A DNA stretch of 64,000 nucleotides, from NCBI GenBank assembly GCA_963737655.1, contig CAVTTN010000002.1, positions 1,472,001 to 1,536,000 on the forward strand, in the 5' to 3' direction. Numbering within the stretch: position 1 is the first letter of the stretch; each line of letters opens with the position of its first letter. The position numbers and the translations under genes are program-made. The notes beneath the pieces were generated by a model. That model was not told where the DNA came from. It worked only from the letters and a program-made list of their open reading frames with translations, and did no database searches. Below, piece by piece: positions 47,238 through 57,233 of this stretch. The DNA is from an uncultured Planctomycetota bacterium (lineage in GTDB: Bacteria; Planctomycetota; Planctomycetia; Isosphaerales; Isosphaeraceae).

Positions 47238-49710
47238 TCATGTCCCGGGCGTGGGGTCCGAGCCGCTCTCGGAAGGGCACCGCGTTTCCGACGATTCCGA
47301 CGATTCCGGTCGTTCGAGTCCGGCGTTCCGTCGGTATTGTCGGAAATGCGGCGATTGCCACAATCCCGGGTTCACTTCGTAAGCGGGGGAGCGTTTGCGA
47401 CCGCCCCGAGGATTCGGTTCAGGCGCGGGGGCAGCGCGGATCAGATTTCGGCCCACCATCCACCGAAGGGCGGCATCCAGGGCGGCGCCGTCGAACCGGC
47501 TGAAGTTGCGGTCGATGTCCCTGGTGGAGAAGGTGGTGTGTCCGTTGCGTCCGATCCATTTCAGTAACGCTCGGACATCCTCTCCGCCATCGTTGCCCTT
47601 ACCGCCCATCAGGGAGTGAACCCGTCTGGCCTGGGCCTTGAAGTAGGTCACGAGGCGGGCGGCATCCTCGATGATGCGTCGGGGCATCTCGGGCACGTCC
47701 TCCGTTGCCCGAGGGGCCGGGTCGGCGGCCAGGTGCATCATGTGGAGGATCAGGGCGAGTCGGCCGGCGTAGGCTTCCAGTTTCCCCCATGCCCCTTCCA
47801 GATGAGAGGGGAAGTCGTCGGCCTCTTGCTCGGCATAGTGGGCGTGGCACCAATCCGCCCATGCGATTTTCGCCTCGGGGGAGAGCTGGACCACCCCGGC
47901 CGTCGGCAAGCCGTCTCCCTGGACCATCTCCCGTTTCCAGAGGGTTTGGATCAGTTCATCCCAGGCGTTGGCCACGACGTCGGGTATGCCCTCCTCCGAA
48001 TATCGCCTCGCGATCTTCTCGGGGAAGGCGAAGAGCAGACGGGCCAGGAAGCCGTCATCCCGCCCGCCCGACTCGGGCAGTGTCGAGAGCATGTCGGGCG
48101 TCATCCCGCCCACGACTGTCAAGAACGGACGGGGGACGGCGATCGGTTCGTTCTTCTGCCTGGCGCGATCGATGTAAATGGGTTCGCCATTCCATGCCGA
48201 GAGGTAGAACGGACGATCCCCGCCGCGTCCCCCCTTGTATTGATCCATTCCCATGGACCACTTGGTCATCTCGTCGGGGATGATGATCGCGCCTCTCTGG
48301 TTGGCGGCCAGGATCGGCCCGAGGGCCTCGGTCGTGGGATCGGTCGTGGTGAGGCGACGCAAGATTGGCCGGGCGCCGCGTTGCCCATCGGGGGTGTCCT
48401 CCCACCGCTGCATCTCGCCTCGCCAGAGTTCATAAAGTCTCTGTCCGATGGCCAGGAGCGGGGCCAGGGCCGCGCCGAGGCCGGGGGACTTGCCGCTAGA
48501 AGGCGAACCCACCAGCGCCAGATACGAGGGCCGCGGAGGCGAGATAGCCGTCCTTGATCTGAAGAACGACCGACCGGCCGATCGCCCCCGAAGCGGCGGC
48601 CAGGCACCCGAGGGCGGGGAAGTCCACCGGGCAAGAAATCGACCTGGCCGCGGCTTCCGCCAGGTCGCGGGCGGGACCGGGCAGGACATCCAGGGGGAAC
48701 GGCTCGGACGGGGGAAGCGACCCGAGGCGGATCGGTCCCCATCCTCCCTCATCGGTGACGATCTCGGCCGACGACGGCGGATCGCATCCGGTAAGCGGGG
48801 CCAGGTCCGCGACCCTTTCCAGCTCTCGGAGGCACGTTTCGGGCTCTGATTCGTGGGGAACCCCGTCGCGCAACCACTCGTCCATATCTCCGCCCTCGGG
48901 GATCGGCGCTTTCGTCCGCCAGAGGTCGGCCAGGCGGACGATGCGGACCGTGGGCCTCGGTTCCAGCTTCGCCAGCTCCGCCACGACGTCGGAGGCGTAG
49001 GCTTCGCCCCCGGTGTCGTGGTCGGGCAGGATGACGACCTCTCGCCCGGCCAGGGGTCGCCAATCCGTCTTGTGGGCGGACTTCGCCCCGTGGGCGGACG
49101 TCGTGGCGGTCGCCCCGATCTCTCGGGCCCGGTCCGCGGCCTTCTCGCCCTCGCAAATGTAAATCCGTCGGGCGGAAGTCAGCCCGCGGAGACGGTAGAG
49201 CGGCCACTGGCCGGGCGGGTCGCCGATCGCCCAACCCTCGGCCGTCCGATGAACCGGCCGGTATTCCTTCCTCTGTCCCGGTGGGTCGAAGCGAAAGACC
49301 GCGGCGCTCTCGGGGCCTTCGATCTCTTCGTACATCCATCGCCCCGAAGGCTTCCCCAGCTTGGGGGCCAGCGCTTCGGCGGCGGCCTCGGGGGACGGAT
49401 AGACGCGCTTCGTCTTCGAGTCCGGCCGGGTCTGACCGCCGCCTCGGGGCCTTGGGGGGCGGTCGTCCTTTGGGGGGAAGAGGTCGGGCAGCCCCATCCC
49501 GAGGGCGTCGACGATCTGTTCCGCGGGGCAGTCGTGGGCGTGGCAGTGGAGCAAGGCGCGGCCGTCGTCACCGCGCTTGATCGACAGGTTCCGTCGGTCC
49601 CCGTCGTGGACGGGGCAACGGCTCTCCCAGGAGTCCGGGCCGGTTGCCCGAGGCTCGAATCCTCGGGCATCGAGGCGGGCCACGATGGCGGAGGCGGGGT
49701 CGTGGCTCAT
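47238..49710 (-). CDS. Zn-finger/Toprim primase fused to DUF3987 (YfjI-like) P-loop domain (frameshift near 48525)
   Basis: RCPVHD..LHCHA, ICEGEKAAD, ILPDHD; FPLDVLP, GSPSSGKS, PDE, GFLARLLF. Confidence 0.8.
47285..47346. repeat. 9-bp tandem repeats forming an imperfect inverted pair (candidate ori)
   Basis: TTTCCGACGATTCCGACG vs reverse complement TTTCCGACAATACCGACG (16/18). Confidence 0.6.
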
Positions 49711-49934
49711 CGGCCCACCCCCCGGCCCCTGGCCTGCGAGTCGATCCATCGGCGAACTGTCTCGGGCTTCCACCGGGGCATGCGTCCAGCCCGGAGATCG
49801 GGCCTCGGCACCTTGCCGGCGGAGAGCATGCGCTCAAGCGTCCGACGGCTGACCGAGAGCGCCTCAGCGAACTGCGCGATGCTGAGCATCGGCTCGATGG
49901 CCGATCGCGGCTGCGGCTCTCCGGGCTGGCTCAT
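49707..49934 (-). CDS. AlpA/excisionase-like HTH protein
   Basis: MLSIAQFAEALSVSRRTLERM..GKVPRP..PRW..ETVRRWI; ATGA overlaps on both sides. Confidence 0.85.
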   Translation of the reverse strand: MSQPGEPQPRSAIEPMLSIAQFAEALSVSRRTLERMLSAGKVPRPDLRAGRMPRWKPETVRRWIDSQARGRGVGR

Positions 49935-50116
49935 CGGTCACCCCCGGCCGTGCGGCCCTGGCAGGGGGTGACCGTCCATCCGAGGCGGGCGAGTTGGTCC
50001 TTGGCCTCCGAGGCGCGGAGGTAGTCCCCACGGTCCAGGGCCAATAGGAGTTCAAGGAACCACGCGATCGGTGAATCCTCGGGCCGGATGTCCTGCTCTG
50101 CTGTCGTCTTCTTCAT
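49931..50116 (-). CDS. Small hypothetical protein
   Basis: GAGGTG RBS; stop overlaps the AlpA start. Confidence 0.65.
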   Translation of the reverse strand: MKKTTAEQDIRPEDSPIAWFLELLLALDRGDYLRASEAKDQLARLGWTVTPCQGRTAGGDR

Positions 50117-50261
50117 GGCACCTCGTCCTCTCGGGTCGCCGATATGGTGACCCGTAGGATCGGGGTGGCTATAACCTGCTTGTCGCCTCGGAGTTGTCGT
50201 AAGTTTCAGAGATTGCGAGCTTTAAAAAAAGCGGTATCGCTTCGTACTGTGGCCTGATGCC

Positions 50262-51206
50262 TCATTTGTCGTCCCAATGCGCCTCGATTCTCCCGTCCTT
50301 GCCCTTCGTTCCCCTGGGAACTCTGTCTCGCCTTGATTTAACTTGCAAATCATGCGCGGATTTAAATTCTATGGATCTATAAAGATGTTGTGCGGTGCAT
50401 CCCACTGCCCTGGCGATCGCCCTTTTCGAGATGTCCTCTCCGGTCTTGGATCTGCTGAGAAGTTCGACCAAAGCTCGATGTATCGCCGATGGTCGAGCCT
50501 TCTTCGCTCGCGTTTCCCTCGTATCGCTCGCGACGTATTGCTTTGTCGTGAAGTCGGTCGCCGGTGCCGGGTGGGTGCCGTTCGAACCCATGTGCTCACG
50601 CACCACAGCTTCGAGGGCCTCGGGCCGTTCCATCCCCGCATCTTTGATCAGTCGCGCAGCATCGGAAGGATCGATCTCGACGCATTTGTCTTGGCCCTTT
50701 CCCTGGCCGACCAACTTCTGATAGTCCCCTTTCAAGGGTGCCGTGTTCCCCACCGCGAACCACCGGCCTCGGCTGTCGCCGTAAACGGTGCAGGCGAAGA
50801 ACTGCCTGTCTGGCCATTCGGAATGCTTCCAGTTCGGGATTTCTTCTCGGATGCCGACGGAGTAACGCCACGAGGTCGCCCGATCGAAATGGGTGATCCC
50901 ACCGTCCTTGCCGATCGCCGCGGTGTCGATCGGCTGGCCGTCCCAGGAAGGTTCCTGGACTCCCCTTCGGCGCCAGGCGGTCGTACAGTCCCAGCACAGG
51001 CGGTTGCGGTCTCTGGACGGCTTCCCGCACTTGGAGCAGGCGAAGACGTTCGTAAGCGGGACCAAGGGCTGAGGGACCGGCGGAGCCACGTCGATGGAGC
51101 TTCCGCATTCCTCACAACGGGCATCGTCGGTGACGGGAGGAGGAAGGTCCGGGCCCAAGTTCTGGATCGGGGCGGATTGGGGGCGGGCGGGCGTCTTGCG
51201 GGGCAT
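50262..51206 (-). CDS. Hypothetical protein with N-terminal CxxC motifs and C-terminal HTH
   Basis: CEEC, CSKC, CWDC; ISKRAIARAVGCTAQHLY. Confidence 0.6.
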   Translation of the reverse strand: MPRKTPARPQSAPIQNLGPDLPPPVTDDARCEECGSSIDVAPPVPQPLVPLTNVFACSKCGKPSRDRNRLCWDCTTAWRRRGVQEPSWDGQPIDTAAIGKDGGITHFDRATSWRYSVGIREEIPNWKHSEWPDRQFFACTVYGDSRGRWFAVGNTAPLKGDYQKLVGQGKGQDKCVEIDPSDAARLIKDAGMERPEALEAVVREHMGSNGTHPAPATDFTTKQYVASDTRETRAKKARPSAIHRALVELLSRSKTGEDISKRAIARAVGCTAQHLYRSIEFKSAHDLQVKSRRDRVPRGTKGKDGRIEAHWDDK

Positions 51207-51360
51207 CGGTTGACCCTACCGGGGTGGATCGGGCCGGGCCGGACGATCTCGCGGGTAGGGTCGCGATCATCGTCCGGCCCGTGAAGGCACACCGATTCGA
51301 ATCAGGGGGCCGACCCGATCCGTACATCGTACCGGATCGGCCCCGGACGCGCACAGACGT

Positions 51361-51612
51361 TTACAACGAAAGGCCCGACGGGCGATTGAGGCGGCGGGTC
51401 GCTCGGGCGCGGGTGGCGAGGCGGCGGAATCGGGCTTCGAGGATCGCGATCCGCTCGGCCAGGCGGGCTCGGGCGGACGGGTCGTGCATGAGGTCGCATC
51501 GTTCCCGGCGAAGCGTCTCGGAGAGTTCCCGGGCGCGGGTGGCGAGGGCGGAGAGGCGGTCGGCCGGGTCGAAGATCCAGGCGCGCCGGGGCGCGGTCGA
51601 GATTGTGGGCAT
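51361..51612 (-). CDS. Small coiled-coil hypothetical protein
   Basis: GGGAG RBS, ATG at 51612. Confidence 0.5.
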   Translation of the reverse strand: MPTISTAPRRAWIFDPADRLSALATRARELSETLRRERCDLMHDPSARARLAERIAILEARFRRLATRARATRRLNRPSGLSL

Positions 51613-51682
51613 GGTCGTCTCCCGAGGGCGGGGTCCGCTTGGGTGGAGCGGGGGCCGGACCGTCCGGCCCCCCCCGGGAGGT

Positions 51683-51937
51683 TCACGCGAGGTCGAGGCC
51701 CCGCTCGTAGGCGGCGAACCATTCCGCTTCTTCGGCCATCCGGTCCGCTTCGGAGTCGGTGAGGTCGGCCGGGCCGACGACTTCGTAGCCGTAGCGGTTG
51801 GACGGGGAGTTCTCGGCCCACCACCGCGAATCTTCGGGGGAAGGGCCGATCGGCAGGCGTTCCGGGCGGGCGAGGCCCCGAGCGAACGGGCGGCGGGACG
51901 ACTTGACCGGGCACGCGGAGTCGAACAGGATGACCAT
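51683..51937 (-). CDS. Small hypothetical protein
   Basis: AAGGAG RBS; first gene after the leftward promoter. Confidence 0.55.
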   Translation of the reverse strand: MVILFDSACPVKSSRRPFARGLARPERLPIGPSPEDSRWWAENSPSNRYGYEVVGPADLTDSEADRMAEEAEWFAAYERGLDLA

Positions 51938-52038
51938 CGGTGAGGCTCCTTACACAGCCTTGCCACCGGGGTCCGGGCGGGTACCAGCCGTCCGGGCCCC
52001 AATTCGTTTCGCGGGTGACCATCACTCGCGACATTTGG

Positions 52039-52067
52039 AGTATAGCGGATTAATATCCCGGATTCAA
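52039..52067 (-). promoter_or_regulatory. Leftward sigma70 promoter with a quasi-palindromic spacer
   Basis: TTGAAT-17-TATACT; spacer contains GGATATTAATCC. Confidence 0.7.
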
Positions 52068-52147
52068 GAGCTATCTCAAAAATATTCCGAAATTAAGTGT
52101 CGGCCGAAAGAACGCCAAATTCCAACCCGATTTCCGAAGTCTGAGAT

Positions 52148-52176
52148 TTGACTTCGAGCTAAACCGAAAATAGAAT
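52148..52176 (+). promoter_or_regulatory. Rightward sigma70 promoter
   Basis: TTGACT-17-TAGAAT. Confidence 0.7.
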
Positions 52177-52227
52177 ACCCCCAGGATCGAGACGCGGAAT
52201 CGTGGGTGATCGAGGCGGGGGCCGACC

Positions 52228-52434
52228 ATGACCATCGAGGGGAAGCGACCGAGGGGGCGGCCCAAGGGGGCGGGCTCGAAGCCGAACGTGGTGGCGTTGA
52301 AGGGAACGCCGGAGTGGAAAGCCTGGCTCACGGCCTTCAGCGAGCATTGCCGCCTGACCCTGGCCGACACGATCGACCAGGCGTTGACGGAATACGCGGT
52401 CCAGAAAGGGTTCCGTCCCCCTCCCCGGCGCTGA
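52228..52434 (+). CDS. Ribbon-helix-helix-like small regulator
   Basis: RPRGRPK basic arm, VVALKG strand, TPEWKAWL..LADTIDQALTEYA helices. Confidence 0.65.
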   Translation: MTIEGKRPRGRPKGAGSKPNVVALKGTPEWKAWLTAFSEHCRLTLADTIDQALTEYAVQKGFRPPPRR

Positions 52435-52445
52435 AGGAGTCTCCG

Positions 52446-52889
52446 ATGGGGCGCGACATGGCGCGACAGAACGCGACGGTCCCGGGGACGCTCGACGCGG
52501 GGCAGTCCCGGGCCATTCAGGCGCTGATCTCGGGCACGGGCGTGGCGGTGGCGGCGGAGCAGGCCGGGGTCCACCGGGGGACGCTCCACCGATGGATGAC
52601 CGACGACCCGGCCTTCCTCGCCGCGTACAACCTCGCACAACAGCAACTGGCCGAGGCCGTGGCCCAGAACCTCCGCACCCTGGCGGCGGAGGCCGTGGGC
52701 GTCCTGCGGACGGTCATGACGAACGAGGCGACCCCGCCGGCCATCCGGGTCCGGGCGGCCCTGGAAGTCATCAAGGCGGCCCCGCCTCCGCCCGAGGGGC
52801 CAACGACGACCGAGGGCGCGGAGTCCGAGTTGAAGGACAGGGCGTCGAAGGCGGCTTACGCCCGGCTCAGGATGCAGGCGATGCCCTGA
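52446..52889 (+). CDS. HTH protein resembling the N-terminus of small terminases (phBC6A51-like)
   Basis: AAGGAG RBS; QSRAIQALISG..AAEQAGVHRGTLHRWM..DPAF; RVRAALEVI. Confidence 0.6.
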   Translation: MGRDMARQNATVPGTLDAGQSRAIQALISGTGVAVAAEQAGVHRGTLHRWMTDDPAFLAAYNLAQQQLAEAVAQNLRTLAAEAVGVLRTVMTNEATPPAIRVRAALEVIKAAPPPPEGPTTTEGAESELKDRASKAAYARLRMQAMP

Positions 52890-52950
52890 TGGGTCGGGAG
52901 TCGGGGCGGTCCAACCCGACCGACGCGGCATGGGCCGGAGGCCGATCCGG

Positions 52951-53044
52951 GGAGTTTCTAGAAACGGGCGGCGATCGGGGACTTTTCCGAAAAGGGCGAA
53001 GGACTTTTCGGAAATGGCCCATCGAGCGGGGGATTTTCGGAAAA
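52951..53044. repeat. Four GGA-preceded TTTC-NN-AAA near-palindromes
   Basis: GTTTCTAGAAAC (52954), CTTTTCCGAAAAG (52982), TTTTCGGAAA (53005), TTTTCGGAAAA (53034). Confidence 0.7.
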
Positions 53045-53169
53045 GAGGCGAGGCCCCCTGGCGTTTCACGTCCTGATGAGGCGGCCCGCACCCGACTCCT
53101 GGCGAGCATCTGACCCTGGTCGATCGGCTCGCAAGAGCGGTTGCCTAGCGAGCGATATGAGGCGAAGCC

Positions 53170-53510
53170 TCAAACTTCCACCCCGTTGGAAGTCGAAAGC
53201 TCGGCCTGCTTGAGAACAAGCTGGGTCGCATCCTCGGAGAGATCGGGAGGATAGCCGTAGAGGGCGAGTAGCCTACGGACCTTCCGGCGTAGGTCGGCCC
53301 GGACGGATTCCCTTTGGGTCCAATCGAGCTTGGGAAGCGTCTTGATCATCTCCGCCAGCTTACGGGCCATCAGGCGGAGCGTTTCGGACTGCAAGACCTC
53401 GCGTGCTGAACCTTGTCGGCCAGCGCATCATAGTAAGGCGGCTTCCTCATTTGCTCAGCCCGAGCTTCTTGCCCCAGCCCCTTCGCTTCGCGGACCCACC
53501 TCGCCAGTTC
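53170..53510 (-). pseudogene. hsdR: C-terminal remnant of type I restriction subunit R (DUF3387 region)
   Basis: ELARWVRE..KLGLSNEEAA(F)YDALAD across frameshifts, then LDWTQRESVRADLRRKVRRLLALYGYPPD..VLKQAE. Confidence 0.8.
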
Positions 53511-53905
53511 AAGTTCCTCAAGCGGTTCCCCGCCTATTGCGAGTTCATCGGCAAGTCGGAGCCCCAGGAGAAGGTCGAGGTTTCGTCTCTGGGACGACGA
53601 CGCTCATCGAGGAGCGCCGGACCCCCATGGAGTTGATCGACGCCTCCTATCAGTCGCTCGTTCGGGCGACCACCGAGGAACTGCTCGCATGGCTCAGGGC
53701 GTGCTCGCCGTCGTTCTTCGAGTTGTTGGTGGTCCGATTGCTGATGGCGATGGGCTACGGCGGCGTGATGGGGTACGGCACCGTGACCGGCAAGTCGGGC
53801 GACGGGGGCATCGGATGATCGAGCACGGGCTCGGCGTGACGACGACCAAAATCTACGAGTTGGAAGGAGGTCTCGAACGACTTCTTCGACGAGAGCGAGG
53901 GGTGA
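53511..53905 (+). pseudogene. mrr: Mrr endonuclease remnant lacking its N-terminus and catalytic core
   Basis: FLKRFPAYCEF, TPMELID, SPSFFELLVVRLLMAMGYG, GKSGDGGI joined directly to MIEHGLGV..YEL(K)EVSNDFFDE. Confidence 0.8.
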
Positions 53906-54060
53906 AGGTGGGGGATCAGGCCGTTCGGGCGGGGTGCCTTCGAAATCCATCGGCATCTTGATCCGTCCCGACCGTTCTTTTAGTTTGGCTGAGACCAATC
54001 AACCACCCAGCGAAGGGGCTGGTTGGCCAGTGCCGACCACCGCCCGATCGTGAGCCAACG

Positions 54061-57000
54061 ATGTCCGTCGCCCTCTCCGACCTTCCCGAAACGGGCCAGC
54101 TCGTGCAGGTGCGGTCCCGTCGATGGGTGGTGAATCAGGTGAAACCGAGCGGTCTGCCCGCCCCGGCGATGAGGCTGCCCGTCGCCGGGCCGCAGCACCT
54201 CCTGACGCTCGCCTCCGTCGAGGACGACGGGCTGGGCGAGGAGTTGCAGGTCGTCTGGGAGGTCGAGCCGGGGGCCAAGGTCATCGAGAAGGTGGCCCTG
54301 CCCGAGGCGACCGGCCTCGACGAGCCCGAGAAGCTCGACGCCTTCCTCGACGCCGTGCGCTGGGGTGCCGCCTCGACGGCCGACCACAAGAACATCCAGT
54401 CGCCGTTCCGCAGCGGCATCGAGATCGAGGACTACCAGCTCGACCCGGTGGTCCGGGCGATCCAGATGCCGAGGGTCAACCTGCTGATCGCCGACGACGT
54501 GGGCCTGGGCAAGACGATCGAGGCGGGCATGGTCGCCCTGGAGCTGATCATCCGCCACCGGGCCAGGAAGATCCTGGTCGTCTGCCCGTCCGCCCTGCAA
54601 ATCCAGTGGCGGGACCAGATGCGGGACAAGTTCGGCCTCGACTTCCGCATCGTGGACTCCGAGCTGATGCGTGACCTGCGACGGCGGCGGGGCATCCACG
54701 TCAACCCCTGGTCGCACTTCCCCCGGCTCATCACCTCGATCGACTTCCTCAAGCGGGAGCGTCCCCTTCGCCTCCTCCGGGAGACCCTGCCCGCCCCCGG
54801 CGAGCCGGTCTATCCCCGCAGGTACGACCTCCTGATCGTGGACGAGGCGCACAACTGCGCCCCATCCGGGGCCGGTCGGTACGCCGCCGACTCGCTGCGG
54901 ACGCAGGCGCTCCGGGAGCTGGCCCCGCACTTCGAGCACAAGCTCTTCCTGACCGCCACGCCGCACAACGGCTACCGGGAGAGCTTCGGGGCCCTCCTGG
55001 AGTTGCTCGACAACCAGCGGTTCTCCAGGGGGACCGAGCCGGACCGCAAGCAGCTCGATGCGGTGATGGTGCGCCGGCTCAAGAGCGACCCCGGTTTCGC
55101 CTTCAACCACTTGGGCCTCCGCCGGTTCCCGCCCCGCATCCTGGAACCGATCGAGGTTCCCTACACCGACGAGGAGAGACAGGTTCACGCCGCCCTCCGG
55201 CGCTACATCGAGTTGAGGACGAAGCGGGCGGAAGGCCCGGCCGAGCGGTTCGCCTCCGAGTTCGTGCTGAAGACGCTGAAGAAGCGGCTGTTCTCCTGCC
55301 CGGCGGCGTTCCTCACCACTCTGGAGCAGCATGAGCGGTCGCTGCACTCGGCCCGCAAGCGGGCCTCGGGGCCGAGCTATCGGACGTTGCAGCGGGAGCT
55401 GGACCTCATGGACGAGGACTACTCCGACGATGGCGAGTACGACCAGGCCACCGCCGACGCCCTGGACACGGCGACCCGCCTCTTCGCCGAGCCGACGGAG
55501 GAGGAGGAGGCCCTACTCCAGATGATGAAGGACTGGGCGAGGCGAGCCCGTGGCCAGCGGGATTCCAAGGCCCGGCAGCTCGTGGCGTGGCTGAACCAGC
55601 ACCTCAAGCCGGGCGGCAAGTGGTCGAACGAGCGGGTCATCATCTTCACCGAGTACCGGGCGACCCAGACCTGGCTCCAGGAAGTGATGTCGGTCGAGGG
55701 GTTCACCGACGGCGACCGGCTCCTGACGATGTACGGCGGGATGGACTCGGAGAAGCGGGAGGAGGTCAAGGCGGCCTTCCAGACCTCCCCCGAGATCAGC
55801 CCGGTCTGCATCCTCCTGGCGACCGACGCCGCCTCGGAGGGCCTCGACTTCCAGAACTTCTGCCACCGGCTGATCCACTACGAGATCCCCTGGAACCCGA
55901 ACCGGATGGAGCAGCGGAACGGGCGGGTGGACCGCCACGGCCAGAAGGCGAGCGAGGTGCTCGTCTACCACTTCGTCGGCAAGGGGTACAGGGAGCGGGC
56001 CGCACGCCAGTTCGGCGGCACGGTGTCGGAGATGGAGGCCGACCTGGAGTTCCTGATGCGGGTGGCCCTGAAGGTGGAGACCATCCGGGAAGACCTGGGG
56101 AAGGTCGGCATGGTCATCGCCGAGCAGGTCCAGGAGGCGATGCTCGGGCGGCGGACGACGCTGAGCACCGAGAAGGCCGAGAAGGAGTCGGAGCCGATCC
56201 GCCGGATGCTCCGGTTCGAGCGGGACTTGCAGAAGCAGGTCCAAGCCCTCATGCAGCAGTACCGGGAGACCCGCAAGGAACTCCGGCTCTCGCCCGAGAA
56301 CATTGGCAAGGTGGTCGAGGTCGGCCTGGCCCTGGCGGGTCAGCCGCCGCTCGTCCTGGCCAGGACTCAGGACGGCAAGCCCTGCTTCCGGCTGCCGCCG
56401 TTGCGGGGGAGCTGGGCGGCCTGCACGGAGGGGCTGGAGCACCCGCACACGAAGGAGATACGCCCCGTCACGTTCGACGAGTCGGTCTCCAGGGGGCGGG
56501 ACGACGTGGTGCTGGCGCACCTGAACCACCGGCTGCCCCAGATGTGCCTGCGGCTGCTACGGGCCGAGGTCTGGGCGGAGCGGGGGCGGTCGAAGCTCCA
56601 CCGGGTCACGGCCCGAGTGGTGCCGAACGACGTGCTCGATAGCCCGGCCGTCGTTGCCCACGCCCGCCTGGTCGTCATCGGCGGCGACAGCCACCGGCTC
56701 CACGAGGAGGTCATTGCGGCGGGCGGGCTGATCAAGGACGCCCGCTGGGGAGGGCGGCTCAACGTCGGCCAGGTCGAGGCGGCGCTGGCCGGGGCGACGG
56801 GCGACGAGCCCTCGGAGCGGGTCCGGGCCAAGTTGTTCGAACTCTATCCCGCCCTGGCGTCCTCGCTGGCGTCGGCCCTGGAAGCCCGCATGAAGGACCG
56901 GGTGGAGGGCCTCCAGAAACGACTGGCGGAGCGGGCCGACAAGGAGGCCGGGGATATCGGGACGATCCTCACGGAATTGAGGAGGTCCATCGAAGCCGAG

Positions 57001-57213
57001 CTGAACGACCCGGTGTACATCCAGCCGATGCTCTTCGACGACCCGGAGATGGAGCGGTTCGAGCGGAACAAGGAGGCGATGCGGGCCAGAGTGCGGGAGA
57101 TCCCCGGCGAGATTGAGCGGGAGACCGCAGCGATCCGGGCGAGGTTCGCTAATCCGCAGGCTCGGATGTTCCCGGTGGCGGTGACGTTCTTGGTTCCCAG
57201 ACAGATGGCCTAG
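54061..57213 (+). CDS. drmD: DISARM SNF2-like helicase DrmD
   Basis: PETGQLVQVRSRRWVV, ADDVGLGKT, DEAH, TATPHNG, TDAASEG, QRNGRVDRHGQ, FPVAVTFLVP; upstream of a drmMI-like MTase. Confidence 0.88.
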   Translation: MSVALSDLPETGQLVQVRSRRWVVNQVKPSGLPAPAMRLPVAGPQHLLTLASVEDDGLGEELQVVWEVEPGAKVIEKVALPEATGLDEPEKLDAFLDAVRWGAASTADHKNIQSPFRSGIEIEDYQLDPVVRAIQMPRVNLLIADDVGLGKTIEAGMVALELIIRHRARKILVVCPSALQIQWRDQMRDKFGLDFRIVDSELMRDLRRRRGIHVNPWSHFPRLITSIDFLKRERPLRLLRETLPAPGEPVYPRRYDLLIVDEAHNCAPSGAGRYAADSLRTQALRELAPHFEHKLFLTATPHNGYRESFGALLELLDNQRFSRGTEPDRKQLDAVMVRRLKSDPGFAFNHLGLRRFPPRILEPIEVPYTDEERQVHAALRRYIELRTKRAEGPAERFASEFVLKTLKKRLFSCPAAFLTTLEQHERSLHSARKRASGPSYRTLQRELDLMDEDYSDDGEYDQATADALDTATRLFAEPTEEEEALLQMMKDWARRARGQRDSKARQLVAWLNQHLKPGGKWSNERVIIFTEYRATQTWLQEVMSVEGFTDGDRLLTMYGGMDSEKREEVKAAFQTSPEISPVCILLATDAASEGLDFQNFCHRLIHYEIPWNPNRMEQRNGRVDRHGQKASEVLVYHFVGKGYRERAARQFGGTVSEMEADLEFLMRVALKVETIREDLGKVGMVIAEQVQEAMLGRRTTLSTEKAEKESEPIRRMLRFERDLQKQVQALMQQYRETRKELRLSPENIGKVVEVGLALAGQPPLVLARTQDGKPCFRLPPLRGSWAACTEGLEHPHTKEIRPVTFDESVSRGRDDVVLAHLNHRLPQMCLRLLRAEVWAERGRSKLHRVTARVVPNDVLDSPAVVAHARLVVIGGDSHRLHEEVIAAGGLIKDARWGGRLNVGQVEAALAGATGDEPSERVRAKLFELYPALASSLASALEARMKDRVEGLQKRLAERADKEAGDIGTILTELRRSIEAELNDPVYIQPMLFDDPEMERFERNKEAMRARVREIPGEIERETAAIRARFANPQARMFPVAVTFLVPRQMA

Positions 57214-57233
57214 CGAGAGGGAACACAACTTAC

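Noticed and set aside
53060..53110. CTGATGAG suggesting a hammerhead ribozyme
   Set aside because: No GAAA after a stem II and no closing stems
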